64,000 nucleotides of DNA from an uncultured Acidimicrobiales bacterium (GCA_902805655.1 CADCTF010000053.1:5664-69663); one strand, 5' to 3'; shown: positions 44,293 to 54,345, counted from the stretch's first letter. The notes: generated from the letters alone by a model not told the origin. Made by a program: numbers and translations.

Positions 44293-44819
44293 GTGGATCT
44301 CCTGGGGGAAGCGATGGTGACCACGCTATCCCCGTACCGCTTCACCTTGAGAACTTCCCACCGACCGCCCAGGTTCACCGGCCGGTCGCTCTCGGCCACG
44401 ACCAGCGCGGCGACCAGGCTGTCGCCCACCGCAGGCCAGCTGTCGAAGACGTACGGAGGGTCGGCGAAGGCGACGTCCCAGCACCGATCCGGAGGGCTGG
44501 CGACGAGATAGCGCAGGGCATCTCCCTTCACCACGGCGCCCCCCTGGAGGCCGGTGGAGGCCAGGTTCTGACGGATGCAGTCGACGGCCCGGCGGTCGTC
44601 GTCCACGAACACGCAGGACTCCGATCCCCTGCTCAGCGCCTCGATGCCGAGGGCGCCGGTGCCGGCGAACAGGTCGATGACGTGGGCACCCTCCACGACG
44701 CCGAGGCTCCCGAGGGTGGCGAAGATCGCCTGGCGCACGAAGTCGCTGGTGGGGCGCGTCCGGTCGCCCTTGGGGGCCCTCAGCTGGTGGCCACGCGCGA
44801 TTCCGGCCACGACCCTCAT
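44289..44819 (-). CDS. rsmD: 16S rRNA (guanine966-N2)-methyltransferase RsmD
   Basis: 176 aa with MRVVAG...RPTSDFVRQAIF, DLFAGTGALGIEALSRG and FADPPY motifs. Confidence 0.9.
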   Translation of the reverse strand: MRVVAGIARGHQLRAPKGDRTRPTSDFVRQAIFATLGSLGVVEGAHVIDLFAGTGALGIEALSRGSESCVFVDDDRRAVDCIRQNLASTGLQGGAVVKGDALRYLVASPPDRCWDVAFADPPYVFDSWPAVGDSLVAALVVAESDRPVNLGGRWEVLKVKRYGDSVVTIASPRRST

Positions 44820-44830
44820 CGCCGGTAGTT

Positions 44831-45259
44831 TTGCCCGCCGTGGCTACGGCGGACGACGACACTGGTGACGGCGTCACGGGCCGTGACCCGCTCGGCCTCG
44901 GGCTGCGCTTCAAGAAGGTGGACTTCGACGACGGCCGGCTTCCGGGGCTGGTGGCTCGGTTCGAGCCCCGCGACGTGCATCGCGGACCGCCCGGTCGGCT
45001 CCATGGGGGCATGGCGGCCACGGTGCTGGACGAGACGATGGCGTCGCTCGGATGGGCCCTCGACTCCAAGCCCTGTGTCACGGCCAAGCTCGAGCTGCGG
45101 TACCGCCTGGCGGTGCCGCTCGACGCCGGACCGCTGCGCATCGAGGCGTGGCGCGACCGAGCCGAGCCCCGCCGGACCCAACGCGTGCACGGGCGCCTGT
45201 TGCTCGCCGACGGCACGGTGTGCGTGGAGGCGACCGGCCTGTTCGTGCAGGCTCGGTAG
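44831..45259 (+). CDS. PaaI-type hotdog-fold thioesterase
   Basis: The GRLHGGMAATVLDETM motif is typical of PaaI/YdiI thioesterases. The start (TTG 44831 or GTG 40 nt... 44840) is only 11-20 nt from the divergent rsmD start. Confidence 0.65.
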   Translation: MPAVATADDDTGDGVTGRDPLGLGLRFKKVDFDDGRLPGLVARFEPRDVHRGPPGRLHGGMAATVLDETMASLGWALDSKPCVTAKLELRYRLAVPLDAGPLRIEAWRDRAEPRRTQRVHGRLLLADGTVCVEATGLFVQAR

Positions 45260-45484
45260 ATGAGCTCCGCCGACAGCTCCGACGACCACGACGGCCTGGT
45301 GCAGCGGGTGATCAACTGCATCGACTGCGGAGGACGGGCTCACCTGCTGACGACCTGGCCGGCTGACGACCCGCCCATCCCGGGGGACATCCTCAGCTAC
45401 CGCTGCGAGGACTGCCGCGACCGTTGGGACCTCGAGATCCCCGACCCTTCGGACTCCCGGGGCGACCTCCCGTACTTCCCGTAG
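45260..45484 (+). CDS. Small putative zinc-ribbon protein (74 aa)
   Basis: CIDCGG...N23...CEDCRD gives two CxxC pairs. GC3 is high through the 3' end. The start immediately follows the thioesterase stop. Confidence 0.45.
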   Translation: MSSADSSDDHDGLVQRVINCIDCGGRAHLLTTWPADDPPIPGDILSYRCEDCRDRWDLEIPDPSDSRGDLPYFP

Positions 45485-45725
45485 CGGGCGCCGGCCTCGA
45501 CCGGCCGAGCCCGGCCCCGGCTCGCAGGCGGCGCCATCTCAGCGCACGGCGCAGCACCAGCGCGAGGTAGAAGAGGGACAGGACCGTGGTGGCGACGAAC
45601 CAACCGCTGCCCTTCCACAGCCACAGCGCCAGCTGCGAGCCGGTCAGCACGCCGGCCAGGCCGATGTCCGCGGCCAGCACCGCCCTCCAGTTGGCGGCGT
45701 AGGCCACGTCGTCGCCCCGCACCAC
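45393..45725 (-). CDS. Hypothetical two-TM membrane protein (110 aa)
   Basis: The N-terminal 65 aa are hydrophobic with very high GC3. The low-complexity tail runs antisense through the 3' end of the 45260-45484 ORF. Confidence 0.4.
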   Translation of the reverse strand: MVRGDDVAYAANWRAVLAADIGLAGVLTGSQLALWLWKGSGWFVATTVLSLFYLALVLRRALRWRRLRAGAGLGRSRPAPATGSTGGRPGSPKGRGSRGPNGRGSPRSGS

Positions 45726-45744
45726 CGTTCTCTACGCTCCTGCC

Positions 45745-46674
45745 ATGCCGGTCGATCCCACGCTGCAGATGATGCTCGACAACGCCGCCAACGCCGGACG
45801 CGACGCGGGCCGGCGAGACGTGGTGGAGAGCCGGGCGGGGTACGAGCTGGTCGCCCGGTTGGGTGGCGAGGCACCGCCTCTGGCCTCGGTGCACGATCGC
45901 TCCATCCCCGGGCCGGCAGGGGATCTGCCCATCCGGGTCTACACGCCGCTCGGCGAGGGGCCCTTCGGGGTGATCGTGTTCTTCCACGGAGGTGGGTTCA
46001 CCATCGGGAGCCTCGACAGCCACGACCCCATCGGCCGCCGGCTGGCGGCCGAAACGCCGGCCGTGGTCGTGAGCGTCGACTACCGGCTGGCCCCCGAGCA
46101 CCCCTTCCCGGCGGCGACCGACGACGCCTACGCGGCCACCGCCTGGGTGTCCGAGCACGCCGAGGAGCTCGGCGCAGATCGCAACCGGCTGGCGGTGGCG
46201 GGTGACAGTGCCGGGGGCAACCTGGCCGCCGTGACCGCCATCGAGGCGCGGGATCGGTCGAGCTTCCCCATCGCGTTCCAGCTGCTCGTCTACCCGACGG
46301 TCGACTCGAAGATGGGCTTTCCGTCCATCAAGGAGAACGGCCAGGTCGGCTTCCTCACCGAGGACACGATGACGTGGTTCCTCGAGCAGTACGGAGCCGG
46401 GCAGACCCACGACTGGCGGGCCTCCCCCATCGACCACGCCGATCTCTCCGCCCTGCCGCCCGCGCTGATCATCACGGCCGAGTACGACCCGCTGCGGGAC
46501 GAGGGCGAGGCCTACGGCCGGCGCCTGAGCGACGCCGGCGTGGACGCAACCGTGTCGCGCTACGACGGCATGACCCACGTGTTCTTCCAGATGTACGGGA
46601 TCCTCGAGGCCGCCCGGACCGCGACGGACGAGGGCATCACCGCGCTGCGGAAGGCCTTCGCCGCCGTGGGCTGA
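45745..46674 (+). CDS. Alpha/beta hydrolase, hormone-sensitive-lipase-like esterase
   Basis: 309 aa with an HGGGF oxyanion motif, the nucleophile elbow GDSAGGNL and C-terminal DPLRDEG...H. Confidence 0.85.
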   Translation: MPVDPTLQMMLDNAANAGRDAGRRDVVESRAGYELVARLGGEAPPLASVHDRSIPGPAGDLPIRVYTPLGEGPFGVIVFFHGGGFTIGSLDSHDPIGRRLAAETPAVVVSVDYRLAPEHPFPAATDDAYAATAWVSEHAEELGADRNRLAVAGDSAGGNLAAVTAIEARDRSSFPIAFQLLVYPTVDSKMGFPSIKENGQVGFLTEDTMTWFLEQYGAGQTHDWRASPIDHADLSALPPALIITAEYDPLRDEGEAYGRRLSDAGVDATVSRYDGMTHVFFQMYGILEAARTATDEGITALRKAFAAVG

Positions 46675-46681
46675 CGCCGAC

Positions 46682-47560
46682 CTACGGCTTGGCGCCCGGC
46701 GCAGCCACGACGGCCAGATCCTCTACGCCGCCGACGGAGATGGAGCCGGCGGAGTAGCGCCGCCGCTGACGAATCTCGAGGCGCCGGGCCAGGCGGCTCA
46801 GGCTGAAGTTCACCAGGATGTACACGGCGGCGACCGTGACGAAGGCCTGGAGAAGAGGTCGGCCGAAGGCGGAGACCTCGCCCAGCACCTGCCCCTGACG
46901 AAGCAGCTCCTCGTAGGGCAGCACGAAGCCCAGCGACGTGTCCTTCAGCAGGGTGATGAGCTGGCTCACGATCGCCGGCACCATCCGCCGCAGGGCCTGG
47001 GGGACGATGACGAGCAGCATCGTCTGCCAATAGGTCATCCCGAGGCTCGAGGCCGCCTCGCTCTGTCCCTTGTCGAGGGAGAGGATGCCCGCTCGGAAGA
47101 TCTCGGCCAGCACGGCGGAGTTGTACGCCACCAGACCGAACACCAGGTACCAGAACGCTTGGAGGTCCAGCCCCAGCCTGGGCAGGGCGCGGGCCGCGAA
47201 GTAGATCAGCAGGAGCAGCGGCAGGGCTCTGAACAGCTCGACGTAGATCCCGCTCAGCCACCGCACCGGCGCGTTCCGGGCCAGCCGGCCGAGGGCCATG
47301 ACTCCACCGATGGCCATGGCCAGCGCCATGGAGACGGCGGCCGCCTTCACCGTGGCCACCAGGCCCCTGCCCAGGAACTTGAGGATCGCCGGGTCGGTGA
47401 GGAACCGCCACTTCTCGGCGGTGAGCTGACCGTTGTCGGCCAGACGCTTCCCGGCCAGGCCGAGCAGGGCGACGAGCGCCAGCCCGGAGATGATCGACGC
47501 GACGAGCACTCGACGGCGGGCGCGAGGCCCGAGGGCGTCGGCGAGGACGGGCGACGTCAT
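46682..47560 (-). CDS. Polar amino-acid ABC transporter permease (gluD-like)
   Basis: Start at ATG 47560, overlapping the upstream TGA (ATGA). Contains the EAA-type loop LDKGQSEAASSLGMTYWQTM. Only the C-terminal 292 aa of the 571-aa ORF are used. Confidence 0.85.
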   Translation of the reverse strand: MTSPVLADALGPRARRRVLVASIISGLALVALLGLAGKRLADNGQLTAEKWRFLTDPAILKFLGRGLVATVKAAAVSMALAMAIGGVMALGRLARNAPVRWLSGIYVELFRALPLLLLIYFAARALPRLGLDLQAFWYLVFGLVAYNSAVLAEIFRAGILSLDKGQSEAASSLGMTYWQTMLLVIVPQALRRMVPAIVSQLITLLKDTSLGFVLPYEELLRQGQVLGEVSAFGRPLLQAFVTVAAVYILVNFSLSRLARRLEIRQRRRYSAGSISVGGVEDLAVVAAPGAKP

Positions 47561-48207
47561 CGCTTGATCGACACCTTGCGCTCGACGTAGCCGACCAGGA
47601 ACCCGGACGGGAGCGTGAGGATGAGGTAGGCGACCGCAGCCCCGAGGAAGACCGGGATGGGGCTGACGCCCTGCTGGTCGATCAGCAGGTTCGACCGCTT
47701 GGAGAGCTCGAGCACCGAGATCACCGAGGCGATCGACGAGTTCTTGATGAGGGCGATGAAGAGGTTCCCGATCGGCCCGACGACGGTGCGCAGCGCCTGG
47801 GGGAACACCACGATGCCGAGCGTCTGCGGGAAGGTCAGCCCGATCGCCCGGGCTGCTTCGGCCTGGCCGGCGGCCACCGTGTTGATGCCGGCGCGGAACG
47901 TCTCTGCGAGGAAGGCGCTCGTGTAGATGGACAGCACGACGATGGCCGACGCGAAGAACGAGTACGGCCCCACGCCGGCCTTGGTGAGGCCGAACACGAA
48001 CAGGAGCATGAGCACCGACAGCGGCGCGTTGCGGAAGAGCTCGACGTAGGTGGCGCCGAACCACTGCAACGGGGGCACCGGGCTGACCCTGCACGCGGCC
48101 ACGATCGCCCCCAGCACGGAGGCGATCGCGAACGAGAGCAGGGTCAGCTGGATGGTGACCGACAGGCCCTGGACGTAGACGTCCAGGTTGTCGAGGACGA
48201 CGTTCAG
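47557..48207 (-). CDS. Polar amino-acid ABC transporter permease (gluC-like); start inferred at CTG 48207
   Basis: The first TM (GLSVTIQLTLLSFAIASVLG) is encoded upstream of the first canonical start (GTG 48117). CTG 48207 overlaps the binding-protein TGA (CTGA). Confidence 0.75.
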   Translation of the reverse strand: MNVVLDNLDVYVQGLSVTIQLTLLSFAIASVLGAIVAACRVSPVPPLQWFGATYVELFRNAPLSVLMLLFVFGLTKAGVGPYSFFASAIVVLSIYTSAFLAETFRAGINTVAAGQAEAARAIGLTFPQTLGIVVFPQALRTVVGPIGNLFIALIKNSSIASVISVLELSKRSNLLIDQQGVSPIPVFLGAAVAYLILTLPSGFLVGYVERKVSIKR

Positions 48208-49175
48208 CGGACGGTGGTGCTCGTCGTGGTGGTGGAGGAGCCCGCCGCGGCGCCGGCGGTGTAGCGATCGACCTTCGGAGGCTGCGGGGCCTGCTGGCCC
48301 GACTTACCGACCGTGTCTTCGAACGCCTTCTTCCACGCGCCGTTGCCGTACGACTTCTCGAGCGTGTCGTTGATGAAGGTGCGGAAGGCGTCGTCACCCC
48401 TCTTCATGCCGATGCCGTAGTTCTCCGTGGTGAACGGTGCCTTCACCAGCTGGTACTTGCCGGGGTTGTCGGCGATGAAGCCGAGCAGGATGATGTCGTC
48501 CGTCGTGACGGCCTGCACCCGTCCGTCGGCCAGCGCCTCGACGCAGAGGGAGTACGTACCGAAGCTGGTGCTGATGTCGGACTGCGGTGCCTTCTCCTTC
48601 ACGTTGTTGATGGAGGTCGAGCCGGTCACCGAGCAGACCTTCTTGCCGTTGAGGTCGGTGACGCTCTTGATGGAGGTGTCACCCGACTTCACGAGGATGT
48701 CCTGGCCGGCGATGTAGTACGGCCCGGCGAAGTCGACGCGCTCCTTGCGGGCGTTGTTGATCGTGTAGGTGGCCACGACCATGTCGACCTTGCCCTCCTG
48801 GATGAAGGGCTCGCGGTTGGCCGAGACGGTCTCGACGAACTCGATCTTGCTCTCGGCCTCGGCCAGCGTGCCACCGAAGATGGCCTGGGCGACGATCTTG
48901 GCGATCTCGACGTCGAAGCCCTCGACCTTGTTGGTGACCGGGTTCTTGAGGCCGAAGAGCGGCTGGTCGAACTTGGTGCCGACGGTCAGCTTGCCCTTGG
49001 TCTGCAGGGCGGCCATGGCGGTGCCCTGTGGGAAGGTCGGCTTCGTGGCCGGCGGCTCGGCGTTCGCGCCCACGGTCGGCTCGTCGTCATCGCCCCCGCA
49101 CGCGCCGGCGATGAGGGCGAGGATCAGGAGGAGCGCGGCCAGCGGCCAGCGTCCCCGGGTTGTCGGTCGGTTCAT
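48204..49175 (-). CDS. Amino-acid ABC transporter substrate-binding lipoprotein (gluB-like)
   Basis: Start at ATG 49175. Signal peptide with the lipobox LIAGAC, a type-3 SBP core and a Thr-rich C-terminal tail. Confidence 0.85.
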   Translation of the reverse strand: MNRPTTRGRWPLAALLLILALIAGACGGDDDEPTVGANAEPPATKPTFPQGTAMAALQTKGKLTVGTKFDQPLFGLKNPVTNKVEGFDVEIAKIVAQAIFGGTLAEAESKIEFVETVSANREPFIQEGKVDMVVATYTINNARKERVDFAGPYYIAGQDILVKSGDTSIKSVTDLNGKKVCSVTGSTSINNVKEKAPQSDISTSFGTYSLCVEALADGRVQAVTTDDIILLGFIADNPGKYQLVKAPFTTENYGIGMKRGDDAFRTFINDTLEKSYGNGAWKKAFEDTVGKSGQQAPQPPKVDRYTAGAAAGSSTTTTSTTVR

Positions 49176-49246
49176 ATTGCTCCTTTGGTAGGTCTCGTTG
49201 CTGTGTCGGGGTGCGGGGCGGAGGCTCGTTCGGGCGGCAGGTGACA

Positions 49247-49993
49247 TCAGTGGGCCAGGATCTTCGACAGGAAGTCCTGCGCCCGTTCGCTCTCCGGGTT
49301 CGAGAAGAACTGCTCGGGTGAGGCGATCTCCACGATGGCCCCTTGGTCCATGAAGACCACCCGGCGGGCCGCCGAGCGGGCGAAGCCCATCTCGTGGGTC
49401 ACGACGACCATGGTCATGCCGGCGTCCTGGGCCAGGTCCAGCATCACGTCGAGCACCTCCTTGATCATCTCCGGGTCGAGGGCAGAGGTGGGCTCGTCGA
49501 AGAGCATGACCTTCGGGTCCATCGCCAGCGCGCGGGCGATGGCGACACGCTGCTGCTGCCCGCCGGAGAGCTCAGCCGGGTACCGCTTCGCCTTGTCGGC
49601 GATTCCCACCCGCTCCAGCAGGGTCATGGCCTGATCCGCGGCCTGAGCCTTGGAGGTCTTGCGCACCTTGATCGGACCGAGGGTCACGTTCTGCAGCACG
49701 GTCTTGTGGGCGAAGAGGTTGAAGCTCTGGAAGACCATGCCGACGTCGGCCCGGAGGCGCGCCAGCTCCTTGCCCTCCTCGGGAAGGGCGACCCCGTCGA
49801 TGGTGATGGTGCCCTTCTGGATCGGCTCCAGGCGGTTGATGACGCGGCACAGGGTGGACTTGCCCGAGCCCGACGGGCCGATGACCACGACCACCTCGCC
49901 CCGGTCGATGGTGAGATCGATGTCGCGCAGGACGTGCAGGTCACCGAACCACTTGTTCACGCCCTGCAGGACTACGAGCGCCTCATCGGCCAT
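49247..49993 (-). CDS. Amino-acid ABC transporter ATP-binding protein (gluA-like)
   Basis: 248 aa with Walker [10 protein letters not shown], the signature [15 protein letters not shown] and Walker [12 protein letters not shown]. Confidence 0.95.
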   Translation of the reverse strand: MADEALVVLQGVNKWFGDLHVLRDIDLTIDRGEVVVVIGPSGSGKSTLCRVINRLEPIQKGTITIDGVALPEEGKELARLRADVGMVFQSFNLFAHKTVLQNVTLGPIKVRKTSKAQAADQAMTLLERVGIADKAKRYPAELSGGQQQRVAIARALAMDPKVMLFDEPTSALDPEMIKEVLDVMLDLAQDAGMTMVVVTHEMGFARSAARRVVFMDQGAIVEIASPEQFFSNPESERAQDFLSKILAH

Positions 49994-50044
49994 GACCGGA
50001 CGGTAGCCGTTGACCTGGGGAAAGCTGGGTCATGGTCGCATCCA

Positions 50045-50473
50045 TCACCAGGCGAACCCGGGTGCCGATCGGGCGGCCCATTCCTCCAGCCGGCGGCGGG
50101 TGCCGGCCGACGTGGTGGCCGGGAGGTCGTCGAGCCGGAAGAAGCCCTTCGCCCCGATCTCACGCGACGCCGCGGCGACCGGCCGCCATTCCCGGACGAC
50201 GAACATCACGATGTGGTCGCTCTTGCCCTCGTCGAGGTTGGTGAAGACGTGCCAGAGCTCCGCACCGTTCGGGTCGACGCCGACCTCCTCCCGCAGCTCG
50301 CGGCGCACCGCTTCGTCGAGGCGCTCGCGCCGCTTCACCCCGCCGCCAGGGAAGTGCCAGGCATCCGGGCCGTAGCTGTGCCGCACCAGCATCACCCGGC
50401 CCTCGTCGTCCAGCACGAGGCCACGGACGCCGACCGTGCGCGGGCTGAACATGCGCCAGAGCAGACGGCGCAC
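50045..50473 (-). CDS. NUDIX hydrolase
   Basis: 142 aa with the Nudix box GGGVKRRERLDEAVRRELREEVG. Confidence 0.8.
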   Translation of the reverse strand: MRRLLWRMFSPRTVGVRGLVLDDEGRVMLVRHSYGPDAWHFPGGGVKRRERLDEAVRRELREEVGVDPNGAELWHVFTNLDEGKSDHIVMFVVREWRPVAAASREIGAKGFFRLDDLPATTSAGTRRRLEEWAARSAPGFAW

Positions 50474-50508
50474 ACGGTCGGCGGTGCTGAGGAAGAGCGA
50501 GCGGGGGG

Positions 50509-52620
50509 TCAGCTCTTGAACAGGAATGCGGCCTCCTCGGGCTCCACCAGCTCGCGCACCTCGTCGGCGAGCACGGGGTGGCGCTCGAGGCCCTCAGCGA
50601 CGACCTCGAAGGCAACGTCGCGCGCCACCTTCACCAGCTCCTTGTCGCGTCGCAGGGAAGCCAGCTTCAGGTCGCTGCGACCCTTCTGGCGGATGCCGAG
50701 GATGGCGCCCTCCCCCCGCAGCTCGAGGTCGACCTCGGCCAGCGCGAACCCGTCGGTCGAGCTCTCGACAGCCTTCAGACGAGCCTCGCCGTCCGGCGAT
50801 TCGGTGTCTCCCAGGAGGAAGCACTTGGACCGCGCCCCACCACGACCGACCCGCCCGCGGAGCTGGTGCAGCTGAGCGATGCCGAACCGGTCGGCGTCCT
50901 CGATCACCATCACGGTGGCGTTCGGCACGTCCACGCCGACCTCGATCACCGTGGTCGCCACGAGCACGTCGACGTCGCCTCTGCGGAAGGCGGCCATCCT
51001 CGCCTCCTTGTCCTTGGCCGGAACGCGCCCGTGGAGCACGGCCAGCCGCAGGCCTTCGAGCTCGCCCGCCTGGAGGCGGGCGAACTCCTCTTCCGCCGAG
51101 CGGGCCTCGACCTTCTCCGACTCTTCGATGAGGGGACAGACCACATAGGCCTGGTGGCCGGCGGCCACGGCGGAACGCACGGCCTCCCACGTCGCGGCCT
51201 CCTCCAGCGGTCCCCTCGCCCACGTGGTGTCGATCGGAGTGCGACCCGGCGGCAGCTCGTCGAGCACCGTCATGTCGAGGTCGCCGTAGACCGTCATGGC
51301 GGCCGTGCGCGGGATGGGGGTGGCCGTCATCACCAGCACGTCGGGGTCCGCACCCTTGTCTCGCAGGGCGGACCGTTGCTCCACGCCGAAGCGGTGCTGC
51401 TCGTCGATGACGATGACCCCGAGGGCCTTGAAGCCGAACGCCTCGGTGAGGAGGGCGTGGGTGCCGATGAGGATGTCGATGTCACCGGCCGCCAGGGCGG
51501 CCTGCAGCTTGGTGCGCTGGCCGGCGGTGGTGCGGTTGGTGAGCAGCTCGAAGCGAAGCGGGCGGACCGGAAAGAGCGAGTCCGCCCCGTCGGTGACCTC
51601 CAGGCCGTCGAGCTGGGCCCGGATGCCGGCGAAGTGCTGCTCGGCCAGCACCTCCGTGGGAGCCATGAGTGCACCCTGGTACCCACCCTGCACGCCCATC
51701 AGCAGCGCCGTGAGCGCCACCAAGGTCTTCCCCGACCCGACGTCGCCCTGCAGCAGGCGGTGCATGGGATGCGGCCCGGCCAGGTCGGCGGCGATCTCGT
51801 CGATCGCCCGCCGCTGGGCACCGGTGAGGTCGAAGGGCAGACCTCGGTGGAAGGAGCGCACCAGCTCACCATCGGTCTGATGCCGAATCCCCTTGGCCTC
51901 GCGCTCGAACGCCCGCTTCCGCAGCACGAGCGTCACCTGCAGGCGCAGCAGCTCGTCGAACACCAACCGCCGGCGAGCGTGACGGGCGTCGTCCAGCGAA
52001 TCGGGAGCGTGGATCGAGCGAAGGGCTCGGGTGCGGTCGATGAGCTTCAGGCGGTCGCGACGCCGGTCGTCGAGCGGGTCGGCCAGGTCCCTGGCCCGGC
52101 CGAGCGCCTCTTCGATCCAACCGGCCAGGTCCCATGTCGTCAGGCCCGCCTTCTCCGACTGCGGGTAGACCGGGAGGATCTTGCCGGTGCGGTCGCCGAT
52201 GAGATCGACGACCGGGCTCGTCATCTGACGCCGACCCTTGTAGAGGTCGAGCTTGCCGAAGAAGACCGCCTCCCGACCGACGACCAGCTGCTTGGCCCGC
52301 CACGGCTGGTTGAAGAACGTGCACTTCAGGTAGCTCGAGCCGTCGAACACGTCGACCTCGACGAGTGACCGCCCCTGCCGGGTGCGCCGGGCCTGCACCC
52401 GCTTCACCTTGGCCAGGACCATGGCTTCCTCACCCACGGCGAGATCTCGGATCATCGCCTGGTTGGTGCGGTCGATGTAGCGCCGCGGGTAGTAGGTCAG
52501 CAGGTCGTAGACCGTCTCGACGGGCGGCTCGACCGTAGCGAGCGACGCCTGCGCCTTCGGCCCGACGCCACTGATCTCCGTGACCGGCTTCTGCTTGAGC
52601 GAGAGGAGGGTGCGGGCCAC
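50509..52620 (-). CDS. recG: ATP-dependent DNA helicase RecG
   Basis: 703 aa with a wedge/OB N-domain and helicase motifs GDVGSGKT, DEQHRFG and the TATPIPRT signature. Confidence 0.95.
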   Translation of the reverse strand: MARTLLSLKQKPVTEISGVGPKAQASLATVEPPVETVYDLLTYYPRRYIDRTNQAMIRDLAVGEEAMVLAKVKRVQARRTRQGRSLVEVDVFDGSSYLKCTFFNQPWRAKQLVVGREAVFFGKLDLYKGRRQMTSPVVDLIGDRTGKILPVYPQSEKAGLTTWDLAGWIEEALGRARDLADPLDDRRRDRLKLIDRTRALRSIHAPDSLDDARHARRRLVFDELLRLQVTLVLRKRAFEREAKGIRHQTDGELVRSFHRGLPFDLTGAQRRAIDEIAADLAGPHPMHRLLQGDVGSGKTLVALTALLMGVQGGYQGALMAPTEVLAEQHFAGIRAQLDGLEVTDGADSLFPVRPLRFELLTNRTTAGQRTKLQAALAAGDIDILIGTHALLTEAFGFKALGVIVIDEQHRFGVEQRSALRDKGADPDVLVMTATPIPRTAAMTVYGDLDMTVLDELPPGRTPIDTTWARGPLEEAATWEAVRSAVAAGHQAYVVCPLIEESEKVEARSAEEEFARLQAGELEGLRLAVLHGRVPAKDKEARMAAFRRGDVDVLVATTVIEVGVDVPNATVMVIEDADRFGIAQLHQLRGRVGRGGARSKCFLLGDTESPDGEARLKAVESSTDGFALAEVDLELRGEGAILGIRQKGRSDLKLASLRRDKELVKVARDVAFEVVAEGLERHPVLADEVRELVEPEEAAFLFKS

Positions 52621-52623
52621 TCG

Positions 52624-54285
52624 CTATTCGACGCTGAACAGGTACGGGTACAGCGGCTGGCCGCCGTGGTGCACCTCGGCCTCCACGTCGGGCCGGTGCT
52701 CGCTCAGCCACTCGGTGATGTGGCGGGTGTCGGCCGCCGATGCGCCCTCGCCCTCGATGATCGTCACCATCTCGTGGTCGTCGCCGACCATCACGTCGAG
52801 CAGGGCGGCAGCCGCCTCGGCCAGCACGGAGCGCACCACCCGGATCTTCCCGGAGGCCAACCCGAGGTAGTCGCCCTCTTCGACGGGCCCTGGATCCGTG
52901 TTGGTCGACCGCACGGCACGGGTGATCTCACCGCCGACGACCCGATCGGCGGCCTCCCCCATCGCCTGGGCGTTGCCCTCGGCGTCGCACTGCGGGTCGT
53001 AGTGCAGCAGCGCGGCGAAGCCCTCGGCCACGCCGGTCGTCTTCACGACGCGCACGACCTTGGGGGTGAGACCGGCGACCTGCTCGGCGACCGGGATGAT
53101 GTTCTTGTTGTTGGGCAGCACGACCACCTCGTCGCCCGGAGCCGCCTCCACCGCCGCCAGGATCTGGGCGGTCGAGGGGTTCATCGACTGCCCGCCCGCC
53201 ACGATCTGCTGCACGCCGAGCGAGCGGAAGATGCGGCGGATGCCCGCGCCGGTGGCGATGGCCACCACAGCGGTGGGCACGTGCGGATGAGCCGAGGTGT
53301 CCTCGTCGTCCGTTTCGCCGGTGGCGTCACGGACCCACCGCTCTTCTTCGACCTGCTCCATGAGGTCGGTGACGCGGATCCGCTTGGGGCGCCCGCAGTC
53401 GAGCGCCGCCTCCACCGCCGCGCCGATGTCGTCGGTGTGGATGTGGCAGTTCCAGATGCCGTCACCCCCGACGACGACGATCGAGTCACCGATCCCTGCC
53501 CAGACCTCCTTGAAGCTCGGGATGGTCTCGTCGGGCGCCTCGAGGAAGTACATGACCTCGTAGCGCAGGTCTCCCACGGTGTGCTCGGCGCCGCCGGGGG
53601 GCGCGTCGACAGGGACGGTGGCTCCTGGGCCGGACGCGACCTCCGAGGTCTCCGGGGGGGCCGGCACGTCCCGACCGGCGGTGACGTGGAGGAACGAGTC
53701 GAGCAGGAGCAGCAGGCCGGCGCCCCCCGCGTCGACCACGCCGGCCTCCTTCAGCACGGGCAGCAGATCGGGCGTGGACGCAAGAGCTTCGGCGGCGGCG
53801 TCCTTGGCCGCGTCGAGGATGTCGACCAGCGCCTTCCCGGCACCGGCCGCAGCCGAGGCACCGGCGGAGGCCGCCCGCACGACGGTGAGGATGGTGCCTT
53901 CCACCGGGCGCATGACGGCGGCGTACGCGGCCTCGCTCGCACCGTGCAGGGCGGCCGCCACGTCGGGCCCACCGGCGGTCTCGCAGCTGCGGCAGCCATC
54001 GGCGATGCCACGAAGGATCTGGCTCAGGATGACGCCCGAGTTGCCCCGGGCGCCCATGAGCGAGCCGTGGCTGATGGCCTTGCACACGGTGGCCATGTCG
54101 GTGGTGCCCTGGAGTGCCTCGACGACCGACTCGAGGGTGAGCGCCATGTTCGTGCCGGTGTCCCCGTCGGGGACCGGGTAGACGTTGAGGCGGTTCAGGG
54201 CCTCCTGGTGGGCCCGCAAGGAGTCGCGATAGCTCGACACCACTGCCTTCAGGTGGTCGGCTCCAAGGCGCTCCAGGGTCTGCAT
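52624..54285 (-). CDS. DAK2/DhaL-domain protein, YloV family
   Basis: 553 aa. The N-terminal Dak2 domain has YPVPDGDTGTNM. The C-terminal YloV-type domain and the conserved recG neighbourhood fit the family. Confidence 0.9.
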   Translation of the reverse strand: MQTLERLGADHLKAVVSSYRDSLRAHQEALNRLNVYPVPDGDTGTNMALTLESVVEALQGTTDMATVCKAISHGSLMGARGNSGVILSQILRGIADGCRSCETAGGPDVAAALHGASEAAYAAVMRPVEGTILTVVRAASAGASAAAGAGKALVDILDAAKDAAAEALASTPDLLPVLKEAGVVDAGGAGLLLLLDSFLHVTAGRDVPAPPETSEVASGPGATVPVDAPPGGAEHTVGDLRYEVMYFLEAPDETIPSFKEVWAGIGDSIVVVGGDGIWNCHIHTDDIGAAVEAALDCGRPKRIRVTDLMEQVEEERWVRDATGETDDEDTSAHPHVPTAVVAIATGAGIRRIFRSLGVQQIVAGGQSMNPSTAQILAAVEAAPGDEVVVLPNNKNIIPVAEQVAGLTPKVVRVVKTTGVAEGFAALLHYDPQCDAEGNAQAMGEAADRVVGGEITRAVRSTNTDPGPVEEGDYLGLASGKIRVVRSVLAEAAAALLDVMVGDDHEMVTIIEGEGASAADTRHITEWLSEHRPDVEAEVHHGGQPLYPYLFSVE

Positions 54286-54345
54286 CGGGCTCGGATGCTA
54301 ATCTTTCGCCGCCCCCGGAAGTCTTCTCAGTTAGAGGTGCGCGTC

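Noticed and set aside
46682-48397. 571-aa ORF apparently fusing an Arg-rich N-terminal half to the gluD-like permease.
   Set aside because: The N-terminal ~280 aa are an out-of-frame read of the gluC-like gene. The real permease starts at ATG 47560, coupled (ATGA) to the gluC stop.
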